Below, piece by piece: positions 8,407 to 16,355 of a DNA stretch of 36,675 nucleotides. A program made the translations under genes and the position numbers. Origin of the DNA: a virus. Taxonomy: Duplodnaviria; Caudoviricetes. Under the pieces are notes generated by a model. That model was not told the DNA's origin and made no database searches. It saw only the letters and a program-made list of their open reading frames with translations. Position 1 is the first letter of the stretch; each line of letters starts with the position of its first letter. The stretch lies in the IMG/VR virus record IMGVR_UViG_3300017727_000050, positions 1 to 36,675 of that record; one strand, given 5' to 3'.

Positions 8407-9755
8407 AATCGTCATATAAAGATTTGCTTATCCACAAGAAAGAAGCTGGAATTACGAGTCGTGACAAAGTGGAATGCAATCCGCATCCAAACGCAAAGCC
8501 CCATCAAGCCGATTGCCTGCGAAAGCTACTTAATATAGGAACAGGCGCGGCATTTTTGGATACTGGACTTGGCAAGACGTTTTTGCAGCTCGACTGGGCG
8601 CGACACGTTCCAGGCGACGTATTGATTTTAGCCCCGCTCGCCGTAGCGCAGCAGACGGTTGAGGAAGCTGGAAACTTACTCGACATGAACATCCATCACT
8701 CTCGTAATGGTGATGTAAAAGAGCGGATTACTATCACTAATTACGAGCGAGCGCATCTTTTTGACGTTGCCCGATTCAATGCAGTAGTTCTTGACGAAAG
8801 CTCTATTCTTAAAGGGCAAACGTCCAAGATGAGGAAGTGGATGACTGAGGCGTTTGATTATACGCCGTGGAAGCTGGCATGCACAGCTACGCCTGCGCCA
8901 AATGACTATACAGAGCTGGGGAATCACTCGCGATTTCTGGGAGTTATGAGCGCACAGGAGATGCTAACTAGATGGTTTATACATGATTCTGCAAATACGT
9001 CAGACTGGCGACTAAAAGGGCATGCTGTAAAAGACTTTTGGCAGTGGGTAGGGTCTTGGTCTTGTTGCGTTTTCAAGCCGTCCGATTTAGGCCATAGCGA
9101 CGATGGCTATGATTTGCCGAATCTAAACATTGAAACGCACATACATGACTCGCCGCTTGTCACTGATTCGCCAGATATGTTATTCGACATGCCTAGCGTG
9201 GCAGCAACGGATTTGCATTCAACAAGGCGAGCGACAATAAACGAAAGATGCAAGAGCGTCGCAGAAATGGCAAACAACTCATCTGAGCCGTGGATAGTGT
9301 GGTGTGAGTCAAACGACGAGAGTGCAATGCTATCTAAGCTGATACCTGACGCCGTTGAGGTCAAAGGCTCAATGACCATAGAGCAAAAGGAATCTAGGCT
9401 GGAGTCGTTTTCGCAAGGTCAATCGAGGGTTTTAATTTCCAAGCCTAAAATCTGCGGATTCGGAATGAACTGGCAGCATTGCAGAAACATGGCTTTTGCT
9501 TCGATCTCATACAGCTACGAGTCATTCTATCAGGCTATTCGGAGATCATGGAGATTCGGCCAGACGCAGGAGGTCAATGTCCACGTCTGCATTTCTGACG
9601 CAGAAGTTCCGGTGTGGCGAAGAGTGGAAAGAAAGTCTACGGATCATGACACAATGAAGAAAGAGATGCGATTTGCCGTCGGTAAAACCCAGTCCCACGA
9701 AGTAAAACTCGACTACAACCCTCAAATGCAAGCAACACTTCCGGCTTGGCTTTAA
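8403..9755 (+). CDS. SF2 (SNF2-like) helicase
   Basis: DTGLGKT, LDESS, TATP, GFGMNWQ, QAIRRSWRFGQ; TTG start overlaps the MTase stop. Confidence 0.88.
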   Translation: MKSSYKDLLIHKKEAGITSRDKVECNPHPNAKPHQADCLRKLLNIGTGAAFLDTGLGKTFLQLDWARHVPGDVLILAPLAVAQQTVEEAGNLLDMNIHHSRNGDVKERITITNYERAHLFDVARFNAVVLDESSILKGQTSKMRKWMTEAFDYTPWKLACTATPAPNDYTELGNHSRFLGVMSAQEMLTRWFIHDSANTSDWRLKGHAVKDFWQWVGSWSCCVFKPSDLGHSDDGYDLPNLNIETHIHDSPLVTDSPDMLFDMPSVAATDLHSTRRATINERCKSVAEMANNSSEPWIVWCESNDESAMLSKLIPDAVEVKGSMTIEQKESRLESFSQGQSRVLISKPKICGFGMNWQHCRNMAFASISYSYESFYQAIRRSWRFGQTQEVNVHVCISDAEVPVWRRVERKSTDHDTMKKEMRFAVGKTQSHEVKLDYNPQMQATLPAWL

Positions 9756-9757
9756 TT

Positions 9758-10249
9758 ATGAAAACAAATCCACTGCCTCCGATAGACAGCGTTCTTGAAG
9801 TTCTGAAATACGATCCCGATACAGGAGTATTTACCTGGAGGAGGAATGAGAAAGTTCCAAAAAAAGTAGCCGGAAAAGTCGCAGGCTCCTTTAACAAAAA
9901 CGGATATAGGCAAATTAGGATTTACAGCATTAGATATTTAGCCCACCGGCTGGTGTGGTTGATTTCTGAAGGAAATGATCCAGGCGATTTACAGGTTGAC
10001 CACATCAACGGCCTGAAAGATGACAATCGTCGCGAAAATCTGCGCCTTGTTACAAATTCAGAGAATCAACACAACCAGAGGCGCGCAAGGGGATACCACT
10101 TTCACATCAGGGCGCGTAAGTGGCACGCAACAATCAGGCTAAACGGTAAGGGCCGTCACCTTGGATATTATACCACCGAGGAAGAAGCGCGAACCGCTTA
10201 CATCGAGGCAAAAGCAAAATTTCATCCGACAAGCCCGATTGCAAAGTAG
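9758..10249 (+). CDS. HNH endonuclease with C-terminal AP2-like domain (probable homing endonuclease)
   Basis: LKYDPDTGVFTW, LAHRLVW, VDHINGLKDDNRRENLR, KWHATI...HLGYY...EEA. Confidence 0.9.
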   Translation: MKTNPLPPIDSVLEVLKYDPDTGVFTWRRNEKVPKKVAGKVAGSFNKNGYRQIRIYSIRYLAHRLVWLISEGNDPGDLQVDHINGLKDDNRRENLRLVTNSENQHNQRRARGYHFHIRARKWHATIRLNGKGRHLGYYTTEEEARTAYIEAKAKFHPTSPIAK

Positions 10250-10257
10250 AAACAATT

Positions 10258-11109
10258 ATGACACCACAAGAATATCACAAGAATCTAGTATGTAACCGCG
10301 AGGATATTTTCGCAGACGACAGTTTTCTTTCCAAATCTGTATTGTGGGAGCTGAAATCATCGAGCCTCTACCGATGGAGATTTGCTCCAAAGGTTTTTAC
10401 CGGATCGGCAGCGGCGAATTGGGGTAGCATGGTTGACGCAGAATTGACTGAGCCGGGAGGCTGCGAATCAATCGTCGCGGTTTCTCCGTTTGACTCGTTC
10501 CGGTCGAAAGATGCCCGGGAATGGAGAGACGAGCAGGCTGATGCAGGATTGGTCGTTGTGAAGCAGTCTGATGTAGATCAGGCGAAGATCGCTGCAAACA
10601 AAATTCGATTGGATCGAAACGCGGCAGATTTGCTGGACTCCTCAGAGGGCCAAGTGATTCTGACGTCGAGAATCAAAGACGTAAATGTAAAGTGCATGAT
10701 TGATCTGGTCCCGGAGGATCGCGACTACCTCGTCGACATCAAAACGACAGGCGACTTTTCCCCGTCGGGTATCAGTAAAAAAATCGCGCAATTCGGATAC
10801 CACGCCCAAGCTGCATGGTATCTTAAAATCTGGAACAACGAGAATCGTGACGACCAGCGCAGCCGTTTCCGCTTCATCTGGCAATCCAGCGAGTCGCCTT
10901 ACGAGGTAGCCGTAACTGAGTTGCCAGCAATGGACATTGCAGCAGGCGAAGATTGGTGCGCCCACCAACTCGACCGATTGACCTACGCCGCGAAAACTGA
11001 GTCATGGGGTAATATTTTTAACGACAAGGTAGCCGTGATCGGTAGACCTGGGTGGGCTGATGCGCAGGACGAGGCAGAGATCGAAGGTTTTACAAATGCA
11101 CCCGAATAG
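10258..11109 (+). CDS. RecE/exonuclease VIII-like PD-(D/E)XK nuclease (DUF3799-like)
   Basis: LSKSVL, WGSMVD, KCMIDL, VDIKTT, FGYHAQAAWY. Confidence 0.82.
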   Translation: MTPQEYHKNLVCNREDIFADDSFLSKSVLWELKSSSLYRWRFAPKVFTGSAAANWGSMVDAELTEPGGCESIVAVSPFDSFRSKDAREWRDEQADAGLVVVKQSDVDQAKIAANKIRLDRNAADLLDSSEGQVILTSRIKDVNVKCMIDLVPEDRDYLVDIKTTGDFSPSGISKKIAQFGYHAQAAWYLKIWNNENRDDQRSRFRFIWQSSESPYEVAVTELPAMDIAAGEDWCAHQLDRLTYAAKTESWGNIFNDKVAVIGRPGWADAQDEAEIEGFTNAPE

Positions 11110-11566
11110 AAATCTTTCGATTTTCCATCGAAAAAGCTCCAAAAAGGAGCCTGATTTCCTTCGGTTGAGCCTACGGAGCTGCAAGTTGCTTTTGAACAGG
11201 CCCGAATTGAAGTCATTCGACGAAATCACAAACAAAGATAAAAAGCTTTTACAGAGACGGGTTAATGCGTATGCGGAGGTTGAAGAACCTCATCTCGACC
11301 TTCCAGACGTAAAGCCTCAAATCACGACGTCCTGGTATTTACTCAGCGAAATTATTGGCCGACCAATAGTGAACATTTCGCAAGTTAGGCGTTCGGATCG
11401 GAACTTCTTAGCTAGAGAGATAAAAGAATTAAACGGCGAGAGTGATTTTCAAATTACACTGACAGAATCGGCATCGAGAGAAATAGAAGTCATCGGGGGC
11501 AAACTCCCGTCAATAGAACAGTTTCCAAACATAAAAGGGGTTGAATATGCCCTAACAATAAACTAA
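11096..11566 (+). CDS. Hypothetical protein
   Basis: Long ORF filling the gap in the operon; start uncertain (11060 or 11096). Confidence 0.55.
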   Translation: MHPNRNLSIFHRKSSKKEPDFLRLSLRSCKLLLNRPELKSFDEITNKDKKLLQRRVNAYAEVEEPHLDLPDVKPQITTSWYLLSEIIGRPIVNISQVRRSDRNFLAREIKELNGESDFQITLTESASREIEVIGGKLPSIEQFPNIKGVEYALTIN

Positions 11567-11578
11567 CATACAAAATAT

Positions 11579-11893
11579 ATGAGCAAGCTAGTCAAAGCAA
11601 AGATAGACGTAACTAAAATCGACAAAAAAAAGTTGTTTCAAGGTGCGAAAGGCACGTATCTGGATGTCGATATTTGGATTGACGAAACTGAGCCGGAGGC
11701 GTGGAAACAAGTTTCTCTCAATCAGTCTCAATCGCAGGAGGATCGAGAGGCTGGTTTGCCAAAAAACTACATTGGGAATGGAGAGTGCAAATGGGGATGG
11801 GATAATCAGCCTGCATCTCAGCCTGCATCTCAGCCAGGAGCAAATCCGATGCAGGATGTCCCCGCGCCAGGTAATGACGAAATCCCTTTTTGA
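11579..11893 (+). CDS. Single-stranded DNA-binding protein-like
   Basis: KIDVTKIDK...KGTYLD...YIGNG; QPAS-repeat linker; acidic DEIPF C-terminus typical of SSBs. Confidence 0.7.
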   Translation: MSKLVKAKIDVTKIDKKKLFQGAKGTYLDVDIWIDETEPEAWKQVSLNQSQSQEDREAGLPKNYIGNGECKWGWDNQPASQPASQPGANPMQDVPAPGNDEIPF

Positions 11894-11897
11894 TAAG

Positions 11898-12122
11898 ATG
11901 CAAGGCGACTTAAACAATTTCAACCTAGACGATTTGCATTGGCGAGCTGCGGAATCGCGTCTGGATAAAATCAAAATGAAGTTGTTCGAGTCGCCGCATC
12001 TTTTCACAGTTCTCGATTCCGTTATGACCGATCTGGAATTGTGGGATGATCCCCAACCAACCGACTACGCTCTAAATCTTATTTTGCAGTCTGAATCGAG
12101 AGAAAATAAAGATGGAAGATAG
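11898..12122 (+). CDS. Hypothetical protein
   Basis: ATG 4 nt after the SSB stop; 74 aa. Confidence 0.55.
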   Translation: MQGDLNNFNLDDLHWRAAESRLDKIKMKLFESPHLFTVLDSVMTDLELWDDPQPTDYALNLILQSESRENKDGR

Positions 12123-12363
12123 TTCGATATTTGAGGCATTGCAGCGAGCCGGAGCGGATTCGGTCGACTGTGATTACGAGGACGCCAAGCAGGACGGATG
12201 GCGAACGATTGATGATCTTGCAGTGCTGGCCGATTGTGGCCGAAGCACGATCACTCGACTCATGCGCTTGTCCGTCGCCGATGGAACTTGGGAGACGAAA
12301 AAGGTTAGACTATCTGGAGGCCGAAAGGCTGCAGCATACCGGGAAATCTTAAACAAAGAATAG
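12112..12363 (+). CDS. Hypothetical protein, possible winged HTH
   Basis: TIDDLAVLADCGRSTITRLM resembles an HTH. Confidence 0.55.
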   Translation: MEDSSIFEALQRAGADSVDCDYEDAKQDGWRTIDDLAVLADCGRSTITRLMRLSVADGTWETKKVRLSGGRKAAAYREILNKE

Positions 12364-12366
12364 AAC

Positions 12367-12639
12367 ATGCAAGACTACTGGAATGATCCGCCCGAAGAAC
12401 CGGAATTACCTGAATGGATTTGCCAAATTGAGGACTGTATCGAAGAGGCAATCGGATTTTCGAACGAAGCAAAGGAACGAATAAATGCCGGCCACAAGCA
12501 CGATAACCGACCGGCGGCATTCACTGAGTCGGTAAATAATCTGCAAAGATCGGTCAGGTCGCTTGCTCAAGCAGTTGAATTTCTACTTAGACGAACCGAG
12601 CGAACCGAGCGAACCAAAAAGAAAACGAATCATGAGTGA
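12367..12639 (+). CDS. Hypothetical protein
   Basis: 90-aa ORF beginning MQDYWNDPPEEPE. Confidence 0.6.
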   Translation: MQDYWNDPPEEPELPEWICQIEDCIEEAIGFSNEAKERINAGHKHDNRPAAFTESVNNLQRSVRSLAQAVEFLLRRTERTERTKKKTNHE

Positions 12640-12694
12640 CCAAAGCGAATCAACTACAACTGTCCCTGAGCTTGGCTCGACTGCCTTGTTCGCT
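12592..12694. repeat. attC-like site 0 (degenerate left arm with CGAACCGAG tandem repeats; right end TGCCTTGTTCGCT)
   Basis: Right arm TTGGCTCGACTGCCTTGTTC is partly complementary to GAACCGAGCGAACCAA; contains ATG 12632. Confidence 0.4.
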
Positions 12695-12970
12695 GCCTTT
12701 GGTGCAAAAATCAGATGGTGCGACGAAAAGGCGAAGGAGTGTTACGAATGCCGGGAGGAAGACTGCTCAGACATCGGAAAATACTACGATGCGGCAAAGA
12801 CTGAAATCACAAGATTCCGAAACGAACTTTTCCCAGAAGAAAAACCGGGCAACGCTGAGAAAGATGGCGTTGCGACTGTGAGATGTCCCGAATGCAAGAT
12901 TACGATCGGTTCATGTTGGGCCAACGGTCATTGTCCAGGTTGCGGTCATTTTATCAAAGCGAACGATTGA
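12632..12970 (+). CDS. Cassette 1 protein, Cys-rich (CxxC pairs)
   Basis: Cassette body bounded by GTTCGCT (12688) and AGCGAAC (12958-12964). Confidence 0.6.
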   Translation: MSDQSESTTTVPELGSTALFAAFGAKIRWCDEKAKECYECREEDCSDIGKYYDAAKTEITRFRNELFPEEKPGNAEKDGVATVRCPECKITIGSCWANGHCPGCGHFIKAND

Positions 12971-13043
12971 GGACATCCAGCGAGGAAAAGACTATGGAAA
13001 AACAAACGACGTTATCGAGCTTGGATGCTCCCACTTGTTCTCC
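12958..13043. repeat. attC-like site 1 (82-nt direct repeat, copy 1)
   Basis: 12961-13042 matches 13482-13563 at 80/82 nt; GAAC...GGACATCCAGCGA...TCGAGCTTGGATGCTCC...GTTC forms an imperfect hairpin. Confidence 0.85.
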
Positions 13044-13491
13044 TGTGATTTTTGATCATCGGGTATGGAAAAACTGGGAGGGTGGAACTCTGGAGGCCGT
13101 CGAGATGCTAAACGCCATGTTGAAAAAACACGGCTTAAAAATCAACGTCGATTGGGACTGGCCGAACGATTACACGGAGGTTTCAATTTTGAAGGAGAAT
13201 GCCTTGTTCTGCCAAGAGTATTTGGGTCGCCCGTGGGAGCCAACTCCCGAAGAGAAGCGGCTGCGTGAACTCGCGGCACAATACCACGAAGAGACGGAAT
13301 CCTACGACCGAACCGTTTGCACGGGGCCGATCCGAAACGGCGCGATCATGCCGATGGGGTCGGGGGAACATGCAGCGATCAATCGAAACGCCTTGGCCGT
13401 GAGGGAACGCCTTGGCGCAGAGGTGGCCGAGCTTGGATTCACCAAAAAGGAGTGGCAACACGCCATCGCCAATTTCAGGCAGAACGATTGA
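12994..13491 (+). CDS. Fused cassette 2+3 hypothetical protein
   Basis: Starts MEKQTTLSSLDAPTCS inside the repeat; internal junction GGAGAAT-GCCTT-GTTCTGCC at 13194-13213; ends QND*. Confidence 0.65.
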   Translation: MEKQTTLSSLDAPTCSPVIFDHRVWKNWEGGTLEAVEMLNAMLKKHGLKINVDWDWPNDYTEVSILKENALFCQEYLGRPWEPTPEEKRLRELAAQYHEETESYDRTVCTGPIRNGAIMPMGSGEHAAINRNALAVRERLGAEVAELGFTKKEWQHAIANFRQND

Positions 13492-13565
13492 GGACATCCA
13501 GCGAGGAAAAGACTATGGAAAAACAAACGACGTTACCGAGCTTGGATGCTCCGACTTGTTCTCGG
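13478..13565. repeat. attC-like site 2 (82-nt direct repeat, copy 2)
   Basis: Near-identical to site 1 but with outer ends GGCAGAAC / GTTCTCGG. Confidence 0.85.
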
Positions 13566-13802
13566 TCGATCCACAAGAGCCGTTTTGGGACATTCCGGGA
13601 AGCGACCGTTGGAGACTGGCAATGTCGCCGATGTGGGCGTGTGGTGAAAGAAGAATCTTTCGAGCGAATTTCAAAATCAATCGGGTATCGATGGCCTTTA
13701 TGCGCTTGCTCAACGTGGAAATTTGAAAATTCAGATTGGCGTAAACTTAGAGAGAAAGACATTTTTTCCGAGAACACCCAAGATCGCGAGCCTGCGGAGT
13801 AG
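13515..13802 (+). CDS. Cassette 4 hypothetical protein (CxxC...CxC)
   Basis: Starts MEKQTTLPSLDAPTCS inside the repeat; bounded by GTTCTCGG (13558) and CCGAGAAC (13768-13775). Confidence 0.6.
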   Translation: MEKQTTLPSLDAPTCSRSIHKSRFGTFREATVGDWQCRRCGRVVKEESFERISKSIGYRWPLCACSTWKFENSDWRKLREKDIFSENTQDREPAE

Positions 13803-13826
13803 GTCTTGCGAATCGCTTTGCTCGCA
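13768..13826. repeat. attC-like site 3 (divergent sequence, same fold)
   Basis: GAGAAC...GATCGCGAGCCT-loop-AGGTCTTGCGAATC...TTTGCTC; right arm has extra unpaired bases. Confidence 0.6.
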
Positions 13827-13828
13827 GA

Positions 13829-14569
13829 TCAAACAGGCGAGATGAACTTGCCCGTTTCTCCCTTTCGGCAAAACCAAAGTTCCCAATCTGATTTGCCGCT
13901 TTTGGATTGGTGAATTTCGCCAAATGCCCATCCATTCTCATGCGCCAATTTGCGCGGAGTCTTGGCGTTGTAAGGCATGTCGATTTTACAGAGTGCGCCT
14001 ACGCTAATTCCTTCCGCCCGGGAGAGTGACGAATCGGCGAAACGTGAGAAGGAGTGAACGTGGCCCTGCACTACGCCAGTGCCGCTGCCTTTATAGATTC
14101 CTATTGCCTGGCGAGCTGCCGCTACGCCTGCATGGTAGCCGTGAATGAATTGCAGCTGTCCCAATTTCAAGACGCCACTTCTTACGTCGTAGGGCAAAAC
14201 CTCTGCGTTTTTCCACGACTTGTTTTGCTCGATTTCCTGCACGAGTCTCCCGCACAGATCGCGCATGTTTCCATTCGTCGAACATTTTGCCGATTGCCAC
14301 AATCTCTCGTCGTGATTGCCTCGCAGGATGTAATCCGGGCGGTATGCGTCGAGAAGGGCGATTCCCGTAATGCAATCGCGCTCCATCGACTCGGCTCGTT
14401 CTTCCGCCCCTGCTCCATTTCGCAAAGGTCGAAAGTCGAACACGTCGCCGCCGTGAATTTTTACGTGAGGTTTCCACCTGTCAGCAAACGACAAAAACGC
14501 ATTTACGGTTTCGTCGTCCTGCTGATCGCCGTGGCTGTCGGTTCCAAATAAGAATCTTTTTATTCCCAT
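13829..14569 (-). CDS. Calcineurin-like metallophosphoesterase
   Basis: TDSHG, GGDVFD, RGNHD, IHG, QGHVH motifs. Confidence 0.88.
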   Translation of the reverse strand: MGIKRFLFGTDSHGDQQDDETVNAFLSFADRWKPHVKIHGGDVFDFRPLRNGAGAEERAESMERDCITGIALLDAYRPDYILRGNHDERLWQSAKCSTNGNMRDLCGRLVQEIEQNKSWKNAEVLPYDVRSGVLKLGQLQFIHGYHAGVAAARQAIGIYKGSGTGVVQGHVHSFSRFADSSLSRAEGISVGALCKIDMPYNAKTPRKLAHENGWAFGEIHQSKSGKSDWELWFCRKGETGKFISPV

Positions 14570-14592
14570 CGCTCATTCTCCTTACTTGGTTC

Positions 14593-14955
14593 TTATTTTG
14601 TTCCGAAGAACTTTTTAATGACTGATTGAAATCCGTAGGAAAGAACCGAGAGAATCTGGACCGATCCAAAACCAGCAACGCCGGATATGCCGACAAGCAA
14701 GAAAGAGCCGCCGTATTTATCAATAGTTAAAAGTGAAAGTATCAGGCCGGCAGTAGTTCCCGTAATCAAATAAGTCAAAACGACTCGCTTTGTGACTTTC
14801 TCGGTATGATCGCCAAGCATTTTGGCAACGCTGCCAAGTGAGGAAATAGCGATGATTGCCGCAAAGTATTTGATATACCCGGAAATGGTAAATTCCGATG
14901 CCGGTAGCGTAGCAAGTGATTTCGCTGCTCCAATAATTTGATGTAGTATGTTCAT
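14593..14955 (-). CDS. Holin-like membrane protein
   Basis: About 3 hydrophobic segments, basic C-terminus, adjacent to the endolysin. Confidence 0.6.
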   Translation of the reverse strand: MNILHQIIGAAKSLATLPASEFTISGYIKYFAAIIAISSLGSVAKMLGDHTEKVTKRVVLTYLITGTTAGLILSLLTIDKYGGSFLLVGISGVAGFGSVQILSVLSYGFQSVIKKFFGTK

Positions 14956-16355
14956 AATTTAGAAGTGTTGCTGTTCATTCCCTCCGCGATTTCGTGAACT
15001 TTATTCCATCTGTTTACCAGTCCCTTCCAAAAATTCGACCTATACCCTACCTTTTCGCGCTCGTATCGCTCTCTTGAATCGCGTAGCTTTTGCAACAATA
15101 GAGAAGGCGTGTCTCGGTCTGCCTTTTCGAGTGTTGCGCGAGTGCGCGGTCCCCATTTCCCGTCTCTCCTTACATTGCGCCCCATTGCGCGAAGCGAATC
15201 CTGCACGATCCACGCGCTTCCGCCCGGGCCTCGATTGAAAGTCGAATCGAGAACGGAGAACCTAGTGCCAGGCTTGAGACTTGCCTCGTCGAGCTGTGTA
15301 TATCGCAGCGTGTATTCTTCAATGTATCTCGCCGCGTATTCCTCGCGCCGCTCAGGATTCATCGCTCGTAGGTCAGCAAGTGCTTCCGGGTGGTATCGGT
15401 CATTGATCCCTGCAATCTCGTATTTCCCCCCACCGTCATTTTCTGGCAGTTTGTATATTTTTAGCGTCCCGTCTGCATTCCTCCGCGCCTCGAGATCGAC
15501 AATAGCTCTGCCTGCCGCGTAGTCGCTTGGCGTTTCGGCGGTGACATCTGCAATATTTACCTGCTCAGAGCTGGAATCAATCAGGTCGGTGTCCTCAATC
15601 AGCGTATAAGTAAAAACATTGCCCCAAATCTGCTTTGCCTTTTTCCATTCGTCCCGCAATCGCAAGAAGTCGAGAACGCTTTTTGTCACTTGGCATCCTG
15701 CCGATGCTGCACCAATCTTGTCGTAAACGTCGCGACAAATGCCGTCGTCTGGATTCTCTGGAGCGTGAATATTCGCGCCGAAGTTGCCACTCTGTAGCGT
15801 GTTTGGCTTGAGATCGTAGACTGTATCCTTGTTGCCGTCACGGTAGACATTCACCGGGCCACCATCCTGACAAAGTGCATTGTAGAGTCCTCGATGCTTT
15901 CGGAGTCGGTAAATGTTTCTGTATTGCCCCGGCTTTAATATCATTGCGCCGCGTGGATTGAGCAACTTGCGCCGAGTATATCTCTCGCCCGGATAAGTCG
16001 TAAACGGAACAGAGATAACATGCCATTCGCCATCTTCCTGCTTCCAGAATTGCACCAATCTGCATCCGAATCGGTCAAACTTTGGAGATGCGTCCCTGAT
16101 GCCTACGATGTTGAGATTGTATGGCTGAGAGTTGTTTGCGAAAACATCATACCCTTTGCCTAGCACGGCCCTTGCTACGTCCGTAGCCGCGCCAAAATCC
16201 ATCGAAGGTGGTTTAACTATAGAAGGAGCTTCCGGCGGTTCTGGTGGATCGCTGGGAGTCGGTGCAGGGTCCGGTAGCGGTGCGCGGTGAATCGTCCTAT
16301 TCCTGCCGAATAGCTCGCGAACAATTAGCCGTAACAATGTAAGGAGAAAAACCAT
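14952..16355 (-). CDS. Two-domain endolysin: L,D-transpeptidase-like domain + glycoside hydrolase 108-like lysozyme with PG-binding segment
   Basis: NIVGIR, TTYPG, NIH...SAGCQV; then LEARR...DGGGKYEIAGIN, FNRGPG, DGKWGPRT, FWKGLVNRW; start at 16355 by TAATG coupling. Confidence 0.75.
   Translation of the reverse strand: MVFLLTLLRLIVRELFGRNRTIHRAPLPDPAPTPSDPPEPPEAPSIVKPPSMDFGAATDVARAVLGKGYDVFANNSQPYNLNIVGIRDASPKFDRFGCRLVQFWKQEDGEWHVISVPFTTYPGERYTRRKLLNPRGAMILKPGQYRNIYRLRKHRGLYNALCQDGGPVNVYRDGNKDTVYDLKPNTLQSGNFGANIHAPENPDDGICRDVYDKIGAASAGCQVTKSVLDFLRLRDEWKKAKQIWGNVFTYTLIEDTDLIDSSSEQVNIADVTAETPSDYAAGRAIVDLEARRNADGTLKIYKLPENDGGGKYEIAGINDRYHPEALADLRAMNPERREEYAARYIEEYTLRYTQLDEASLKPGTRFSVLDSTFNRGPGGSAWIVQDSLRAMGRNVRRDGKWGPRTRATLEKADRDTPSLLLQKLRDSRERYEREKVGYRSNFWKGLVNRWNKVHEIAEGMNSNTSKL

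Noticed and set aside
7519-10249. MTase-helicase-HNH as a restriction-modification or defence system
   Set aside because: MTase plus SNF2-like helicase pairs are common in phage early regions, and the HNH-AP2 protein looks like a free-standing homing endonuclease.
11807-11836. CAGCCTGCATCT tandem repeat
   Set aside because: Simple QPAS linker in the SSB tail; no further structure.
12883-12993. Upstream extensions of the cassette ORFs (also 13317-13514)
   Set aside because: They overlap the preceding genes; RBS-ATG in the repeats (12994, 13515) are better starts.
12961-13563. 82-nt repeats as a CRISPR array
   Set aside because: Only two near-identical copies, too long, about 440 nt apart with coding sequence between them; no cas genes.
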